NCBI GenBank assembly: GCA_037442105.1
Contig: JBBIQV010000035.1
Coordinates: 1 to 32,468, forward strand
Direction: 5' to 3'
Origin: Nitrospiraceae bacterium
GTDB lineage: Bacteria > Nitrospirota > Nitrospiria > Nitrospirales > Nitrospiraceae
Length of the DNA: 32,468 bases
Below the pieces are notes generated by a model, which saw nothing but the letters and a program-made list of their open reading frames with translations, searched no databases and was not told the origin of the DNA. Positions within the stretch are counted from its first letter, which is position 1. Every line of letters starts with the position of its first letter. The position numbers were made by a program, and so were the translations under genes. Shown here one piece after another: positions 27,348 through 32,468 of this stretch.

Positions 27348-28628
27348 ATGACTCAAGGTCTCGAACAAACGGATGTCGTCATCGTCGGCGCCGGGGGCGG
27401 CGGAGCGGTGCTGGCTCTTGCACTGGCTCAAAAGGGGATCAAGGCCCTTGTGTTGGAACGGGCGTCTGGTCCACCGCAGGGGCTACGAGGTGAGATTCTT
27501 CAGCCGAACGGGCAGCAAGTCCTTGATCGGCTGGGACTGCTCCACAAACTGCCGGCCGAGTCCACTCGACCGGTCCGGCTCTTTCATTTCTGTCGGGTCG
27601 GAGGGCAGCGACTCTGTACGGTGGATTATGATGAGTTGCCGCCGCCGTATAACCGGGCCATCGTGACCTTGCCGAACGTCGCACATCACGCGATCCTTGA
27701 CGAATTGGAACGGCAAGCTCCTGGCCGCCTGTGGTACGGAGCGACACTCACCGGCCTTCGTTTCGATGGGCCACGCGTGACCGGCGTCATGGCCGATCGC
27801 GACGGCGAGACCATCACCCTCCCGACCAAACTTGTCATCGGAGCCGACGGAGCATTTTCCAAGGTTCGTGAGGCGCTCAAGATTCCGACCGATCTGCATC
27901 GGTATTCGGAAGGGTATCTGATCGCCATTCTGGACAGTCCGCAGGACCTGACCGAGGGCCGTTACTTGGTCGGCAAGCACACGATTCTTGGTCTGTTTCC
28001 CGCCGCTGGACGGAAGCGCTATATCTTTTACATGATTCCCGCCGGCTCGATGGAGCGCATCAAAGCCGGCGGTCTCGATGCCTTGCGAGCGGCATGGATC
28101 GAGATCGACCCAAGCCTTGAACCGACTTTCAGGAACCTGATCGACTGGAATCAGACTGCCTATCTGCCGACCGGACGCGTGCGAGCTTCCACCTGGGTGG
28201 CTGACGGAGCGGTCTTGCTTGGGGATGCCGCTCACGCAATGAACCCCCATTCCTCGCAAGGACGCATGCAGGCCATGATGGATGCGATGGCCTTGGCCGA
28301 CTTGATTCCCCAGTGGTTGAACGCCGGCGATTGTTCGTTCGATCGTCTCCGAGCATTTGAACGAGCCCGCCGCCCCCACGTCGAGATGTTGCAGCGGATG
28401 GCCGACGAACAGGTTTTGTTTTGGAACACCGGCAACCCGGTGCTCGCGTTGCTTCGCGACCGTTCGTTTCGGACACTCGATCGGAACCGGCGGCTGCGGT
28501 ATCGAGTCCTGACCACCACGGCCGGATGGCGCACGAGGCCTCCATTTTCTTTATTGGACCGCCTGATGATTGCCGGACTCCTTCCGGACCCTTGCGCCCA
28601 TATGGTGGCATCCGAAGCAGTCGGCTAA
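27348..28628 (+). CDS. FAD-dependent monooxygenase (UbiH/aromatic hydroxylase-like)
   Basis: IVGAGGGG, IGADGAFSKVR, LLGDAAHAMNP. Confidence 0.9.
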   Translation: MTQGLEQTDVVIVGAGGGGAVLALALAQKGIKALVLERASGPPQGLRGEILQPNGQQVLDRLGLLHKLPAESTRPVRLFHFCRVGGQRLCTVDYDELPPPYNRAIVTLPNVAHHAILDELERQAPGRLWYGATLTGLRFDGPRVTGVMADRDGETITLPTKLVIGADGAFSKVREALKIPTDLHRYSEGYLIAILDSPQDLTEGRYLVGKHTILGLFPAAGRKRYIFYMIPAGSMERIKAGGLDALRAAWIEIDPSLEPTFRNLIDWNQTAYLPTGRVRASTWVADGAVLLGDAAHAMNPHSSQGRMQAMMDAMALADLIPQWLNAGDCSFDRLRAFERARRPHVEMLQRMADEQVLFWNTGNPVLALLRDRSFRTLDRNRRLRYRVLTTTAGWRTRPPFSLLDRLMIAGLLPDPCAHMVASEAVG

Positions 28629-28652
28629 GGAGACACCGGAGCCAGCCACGCT

Positions 28653-29405
28653 ATGTTGTCGCTCGACGGACTTCCCAACGAGGTTCATGACACGCTTGAC
28701 GCCTTCGTTACCCAGGTAACGGAGACTTTCGGCGACATCGTCGAAGGAATCATCCTCTATGGAAGCGCGGTCCGTGGCGACTTCCTGCCGGGACGATCGA
28801 ATCTGAACATACTCTTGCTTCTCACTTCATCTCAGCCCGATGTGCTCCAACGGTACGCCAAGCTTCACCGGCGCTGGAGCAAAGAACAGATCGTCGTGCC
28901 GTTGTTCGTGACTGAACAGGAGCTGCAAGCTACAGCCTCGGTGTTCCCGCTGGAATATCTGGAGATGCAGGCGCATCACCGTCTGTTGGTCGGGCACGAT
29001 CCATTGGTGGGTCTCAAGATCGATCTGCGCCATCTGGCGATTCAAGTTGAGCAGGGGTTGCACGGAAATTTGATACGCCTGCGACAACGGTACGTGGAGG
29101 GTGGCAGTGGGACAGAGGCTGCGGCGATCTTGCTCCCCCTCTCGGTGACGTCGCTGTTGCCTTGTCTCAGAGGAATCCAGCGGCTGCTGGGGCATCCGCT
29201 CACACAGCCGAGCGATGCCGTGATAAAGGAGTTGGAAACTACGCTCGACGCGGACCTTACCGGACTCCACGACGCGTTGCAGCTTAAACGAGGGCTGATT
29301 ACGCCGGGCCCGGCAGAAGTCCCGCGCTTGTTCCAGCGGCATGTCGCGAGCCTAGAGAGCTTGATCGAACGGTTCGCCGAATTCAAGCGACAGGGACGAA
29401 TCTGA
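28653..29405 (+). CDS. Pol-beta-type nucleotidyltransferase-fold protein, possibly inactive
   Basis: ILYGSAVRGDF..GRSNLNILL, DxFP-like VFPLEY, helical C-domain; AAGGAG upstream. Confidence 0.75.
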   Translation: MLSLDGLPNEVHDTLDAFVTQVTETFGDIVEGIILYGSAVRGDFLPGRSNLNILLLLTSSQPDVLQRYAKLHRRWSKEQIVVPLFVTEQELQATASVFPLEYLEMQAHHRLLVGHDPLVGLKIDLRHLAIQVEQGLHGNLIRLRQRYVEGGSGTEAAAILLPLSVTSLLPCLRGIQRLLGHPLTQPSDAVIKELETTLDADLTGLHDALQLKRGLITPGPAEVPRLFQRHVASLESLIERFAEFKRQGRI

Positions 29406-29406
29406 C

Positions 29407-30147
29407 ATGGAGCGTCTGTTACCGGGATGTTGCGCGTTCGTCGTGACCGCCGGACTCTGGCTACTCTTGTGGTCAGATGGAGCCCATGCCGTGCCGACCG
29501 GACGTCCTCCTCTGCCGGAGCCGCTCGGCTACATGAGCGACCACGCGCAGGTAGTGGGCGAAGATTGGAAAGACCGCATCCGGTCCGTGTGCCAGGACCT
29601 GGAGCGGAAAACCGGCGTAGAACTCGTGCTTGTAACGGTCCCGAGCGTGAAGCCTTTCGGTTCCGCGAACGATTACGCGACGGCCTTATATGAGCGGTGG
29701 GGGATCGGGACTGCGCAAGAGGAACATGGTGTACTGGTCTTGCTGGCGGTGCAAGACCATCAAGCGGCCATCACGGTCGGACGGCGGATGTTGCCGGTGG
29801 TCACCCACCACATGATAGCTCAAATAGGGACCGAGTATCTGGAGCCGGCCCTCAAGACAGGCCATTTCGAGGAAGGGCTCTATAGGACCGCCGTGGCCAT
29901 TGCGTCGGCTTCGCAAGACATCCGCGTCGGTCCCCCGTCCCGGTACCACTTCAAGGGAGTGGGGTTCTGGATCACCTTGGTCACGAGCCTCGGAGCCTTG
30001 GGCTTTTTATGGTGGATCAGCCGGCCTGATCTGCGTCACCCCTATGCCCGCATCAGACGGGGCGAGTATTGGGGAACCGGCCAAGGAGGTTTCGGGGGCA
30101 ACTTCGGAGGCTTCGGCGGCGGCACAAGCGGGGAGGGGTGGCGATAG
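29407..30147 (+). CDS. TPM-domain (DUF477/YgcG-like) membrane protein
   Basis: YMSDHAQV, LERKTGVELVLVTV, LYERWGIG..GVLVLLA, TM helix, Gly-rich GGFGG tail. Confidence 0.88.
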   Translation: MERLLPGCCAFVVTAGLWLLLWSDGAHAVPTGRPPLPEPLGYMSDHAQVVGEDWKDRIRSVCQDLERKTGVELVLVTVPSVKPFGSANDYATALYERWGIGTAQEEHGVLVLLAVQDHQAAITVGRRMLPVVTHHMIAQIGTEYLEPALKTGHFEEGLYRTAVAIASASQDIRVGPPSRYHFKGVGFWITLVTSLGALGFLWWISRPDLRHPYARIRRGEYWGTGQGGFGGNFGGFGGGTSGEGWR

Positions 30148-30328
30148 GGTGGCCTGATCGTCCTCCTGCTCGCGGAACCCCCACTGTGGGTACGGGAGGG
30201 GAGTTGGTTTGGGCCCCCTCCCGTGTCGAGCGCAGCTCGACCCGATGAAACTAGTGGTCGTTCGACGCGCGCAATCGAGGATCGATCAAGCCACCCTCCT
30301 TGTTAGGAAAACGAGCGAGCTGGGAAGG
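30146..30328. repeat. Long hairpin repeat, copy A, with 3' tail
   Basis: AGGGTGGCCTGATCGTCCTC ... GAGGATCGATCAAGCCACCCT, core TGCTCGCG-GAAC / GTTC-GA-CGCGCGCA, tail AAACGAGCGAGCTGGGAAGG. Confidence 0.8.
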
Positions 30329-30373
30329 GCGATTTCTCGTTTGGTAGAGGCGCCTTTCTTCATCTCTATTGAT

Positions 30374-30385
30374 CGAGTATACTCG
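30374..30385. promoter_or_regulatory. Putative TA autoregulatory operator over the -10 box
   Basis: Perfect palindrome CGAGTATACTCG containing TATACT, about 20 nt upstream of the antitoxin ATG. Confidence 0.55.
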
Positions 30386-30404
30386 TTCACAAAGGAAGAT
30401 CGTC

Positions 30405-30659
30405 ATGACGCGAGTGAATACTGCTGAGGCCAAGAAAAATTTGGGCCGTATTCTCCATCGCACAGCTCTGACCAAACGGCGCGTGGTGGTGACGAGTCGA
30501 GGCAAAGATCTGGCGGCAGTGGTCCCCATCGAAGACATGAAGTTGCTTGAAGACATCGAGGATCGGCTCGATCTCGACGATGCACGCAAGGCTTTAGCGC
30601 ATGCCGAACGAGAGGGCACTGTTGCCTGGGAAAAAATCAAGCGGGACCTCGGCCTGTAA
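30405..30659 (+). CDS. Phd/YefM-family antitoxin
   Basis: VNTAEAKKNLGRIL..RVVVTSRGKDLAAVVP, acidic C-terminus, WEKIKRDLGL. Confidence 0.92.
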   Translation: MTRVNTAEAKKNLGRILHRTALTKRRVVVTSRGKDLAAVVPIEDMKLLEDIEDRLDLDDARKALAHAEREGTVAWEKIKRDLGL

Positions 30660-30662
30660 GCC

Positions 30663-30920
30663 GTGTCTTACAAAATTGAGTTCTCGCGTCAAGCCGACCG
30701 ACAATTTCGGAACCTGCCATCTCAAGTCCAGCATCGTCTCAAGCCAAAGATTGATGCGCTGGCGATAAGCCCGCGTCCGAAGGGATCGGAAAAACTCAGC
30801 GGAGCCGACCAACTGTATCGGATTCGCGCGGGAGACTATCGAGTGGTCTACGCCGTGCAGGATGCGCGGCTCATCGTTCTGGTCGTCAAAGTGGGGCATC
30901 GCCGCGAGGTGTATCGGTAG
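30663..30920 (+). CDS. RelE/ParE-family toxin
   Basis: YKIEFS..A, PRPKGSEKL.G..YRIRAGDYRVVY, VKVGHRREVYR. Confidence 0.93.
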   Translation: MSYKIEFSRQADRQFRNLPSQVQHRLKPKIDALAISPRPKGSEKLSGADQLYRIRAGDYRVVYAVQDARLIVLVVKVGHRREVYR

Positions 30921-31043
30921 GGTGGCCTGGTTAGCCCTCTGTGCTCCCGGAGGCCGCGCTTGGGAAAGCGCTCCCTCGACGGGCGCAGTTGAGGGCCAAT
31001 CCAGGCCACCCCTTGATGGAAGGGACGAGCAGGCTTGGAAGGA
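30919..31043. repeat. Long hairpin repeat, copy B, with 3' tail
   Basis: GGGTGGCCTGGTTAGCCCTC ... GAGGGCCAATCCAGGCCACCC, core TGCTCCCG-GAGG / CCTC-GA-CGGGCGCA, tail ACGAGCAGGCTTGGAAGG. Confidence 0.8.
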
Positions 31044-31117
31044 CCATCATGAATCTGCTCCCGCAACGCGCGGTCTCAGAAAGATGGGGAGGGAGCAGCC
31101 AGATATCAGAATGGGAG

Positions 31118-31217
31118 GCGCGGGGTGGTGGGAATGATTCCCGTGCTCCCGCAACGCGCACGATCGGAATGTGCTCGTTGGACGGCCGCAGTAGGAACCA
31201 TTCCCACCACCCCGCGC
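31118..31217. repeat. Long hairpin repeat, copy C
   Basis: 24-bp outer stem with one non-Watson-Crick pair; core TGCTCCCG-CAAC / GTTG-GA-CGGCCGCA. Confidence 0.8.
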
Positions 31218-31341
31218 AGAGAATGGACGAGGTCAGGCTGATTGTGTGCTCGCCTGGGTAAAGGGCGCGTCCCGGGAAAACGATTGCGAAGCAATCGGAG
31301 GGTGAGGTGGGTGAAAAATATCCGACTAGGGGGGTGAGAAC

Positions 31342-31440
31342 GTTGCGCGCAGGGGAGACTAATCGGGCCACCCTTCTTGCGAGGGGAAACGAGCGAGCTT
31401 GGTAGGAGCATTAATAACTACGCTCGCGCAACGCGCGGCT
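31342..31440. repeat. Partial hairpin repeat, copy D (right arm, tail, half core)
   Basis: AATCGGGCCACCCT, AAACGAGCGAGCTTGGTAGG, GCTCGCGCAACGCGCGG. Confidence 0.65.
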
Positions 31441-31449
31441 GACAACGTT

Positions 31450-31785
31450 ATGAAATTGCCCGCTGACGCAATCATTGCCGAAGACAAGCTGGTGCGCTAT
31501 CTGCTTCTGCCGCAAGTGCGCGGCGACAAATCCGCTTTTCTGTCTCAGGCTGGCTATACATTGGGAAACGCCGACCTTCTGTTGCGGGACTTGCGCACGC
31601 AGATTTTGCCGGCAAATGCCGTGCCATTGGAATCCAACAAGTTTGGGCAATATTACGAGATTCGCGGCATGCTGACCGGCCCCAATGGCGTGGCACTAGC
31701 CGTTCGCACCATTTGGATGACTGAATACTTGTCGGGAATCACGAAGTTCGTTACACTGATTCCAGACAAACGGAGGACCGGATGA
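31450..31785 (+). CDS. DUF6883-like hypothetical protein
   Basis: MKLP..AII..DKL..YLL....DKS.FL..GY...G.LTGPNG...VRTIW.....FVTL.P pattern recalled for this family; paired with a DUF4926-like gene. Confidence 0.7.
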   Translation: MKLPADAIIAEDKLVRYLLLPQVRGDKSAFLSQAGYTLGNADLLLRDLRTQILPANAVPLESNKFGQYYEIRGMLTGPNGVALAVRTIWMTEYLSGITKFVTLIPDKRRTG

Positions 31786-32015
31786 AGTTTGATCTCTACA
31801 CCGATGTGGCGCTGACGTGCGACCTGCCCGATCATCGTCTCCGTCGGGGCGACATTGTCAAGCCGGTGGACCACCACGTGGCCCCTGATGGCACAGAGGG
31901 ATACTCCATCGAGGTCTTCAATGCCGTCGGCGATACGATCACCGTCACCGCCGTTCCCGCCTCTGCCCTCGAAGCGCTTCGCGAAGACGAAGTGCTTTGT
32001 GCTCGAACGTTATAA
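31782..32015 (+). CDS. DUF4926-like protein
   Basis: LY.DVALT.DLP.H.L.RGD...VD.....GY.IEVFNAVGDTI.V..VP...LE.L; ATGA overlap and GGAGG SD. Confidence 0.78.
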   Translation: MKFDLYTDVALTCDLPDHRLRRGDIVKPVDHHVAPDGTEGYSIEVFNAVGDTITVTAVPASALEALREDEVLCARTL

Positions 32016-32076
32016 CTGCCGCGACTTTCCCCATCTTTCTCAAATTACGGGACCATGTCTGTTCGCAACTTGCCCT

Positions 32077-32158
32077 GGAGTAGGGAGGCGGTTGAAAGGG
32101 GAAACGCAGGGACGACCGAAAGGGGTGGACCGCTCCTTAGAAATTGCACTCTGACCCC
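32077..32158 (+). mobile_element. Possible 3' remnant of a REP-associated (RAYT/IS200-like) transposase with its terminal motif
   Basis: Frame reads [16 protein letters not shown] and is followed by AATTGCACTCTGACCCC. Recognised from recollection of such element ends, not from a search. Confidence 0.4.
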
Positions 32159-32168
32159 GATTGTCCGC

Positions 32169-32330
32169 CGCACGGTTCAGGAGTTGCTTGGACATACCGA
32201 CATAAGCACCACCATGATTTACACCCATGTCTTGAACCGGGGCGGGAGAGGCGTCCGAAGTCCCGTGGACGGACTAGCCATCCACCGACCTCCTGGACGG
32301 CCATACCAGAATGATGCCGGTCAGCCATAA
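32169..32330 (+). pseudogene. intI: Integron integrase 3' remnant
   Basis: [34 protein letters not shown] is the IntI C-terminal signature including the catalytic Tyr; no upstream integrase sequence is in frame. Confidence 0.85.
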
Positions 32331-32468
32331 TGGGATTATGCTGGTCAGGGCCAGTCGGCACGAGGTCGGGGCCACAAGATCTTGACAGGTATTGGGACAC
32401 CGAACAGAATTGCGACGTTTATTGGAACGTTTGAGAGCGGATATGGCTGGTCAGTCTACTTAATGGTT

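Noticed and set aside
28653..29405. NTase plus nearby PLD as a CBASS or MNT-HEPN system
   Set aside because: Catalytic Asp residues are missing, no separate HEPN or effector gene is adjacent, the PLD looks exported, and the TPM context suggests otherwise.
30146..31217. Hairpin repeats as classical attC sites or simple terminators
   Set aside because: They lack RYYYAAC...GTTRRRY ends and U-tracts, and their conserved internal bulges exceed what a terminator needs.
30931..31411. ORFs across the repeat region (30931-31371, 30941-31261, 31106-31411)
   Set aside because: They are translations of palindromic repeats with no protein-like features.

Overview
GC-rich bacterial chromosomal window; gene content and repeat style suggest a Nitrospira-like organism (inference). 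Left to right: a partial tRNA-Arg(ACG); a small membrane protein and an omptin-like beta-barrel; a Ski2/HelY-type helicase split into two intact genes in permuted order (C-half upstream of N-half) directly behind glgC; potABCD; a CzcCBA-type RND efflux system; a HEAT-repeat protein, def and an MsbA-like ABC exporter; three small secreted proteins; an 8-gene sulfur-carrier operon (ThiS with a capped C-terminus, CysK, two MoeB/E1 enzymes, ThrC-like, MoaD/CysO, NIL, JAB protease); a hypothetical/PLD/FAD-monooxygenase/NTase-fold/TPM run; and an accessory end with Phd-RelE and DUF6883-DUF4926-like pairs set among long covarying hairpin repeats, followed by a likely transposase scar, an integron-integrase 3' remnant and a possible attI at the window edge. 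Inverted 7-nt-periodic repeat arrays recur at gene junctions, and two are translated. All family calls come from reading motifs by eye; no searches were run.
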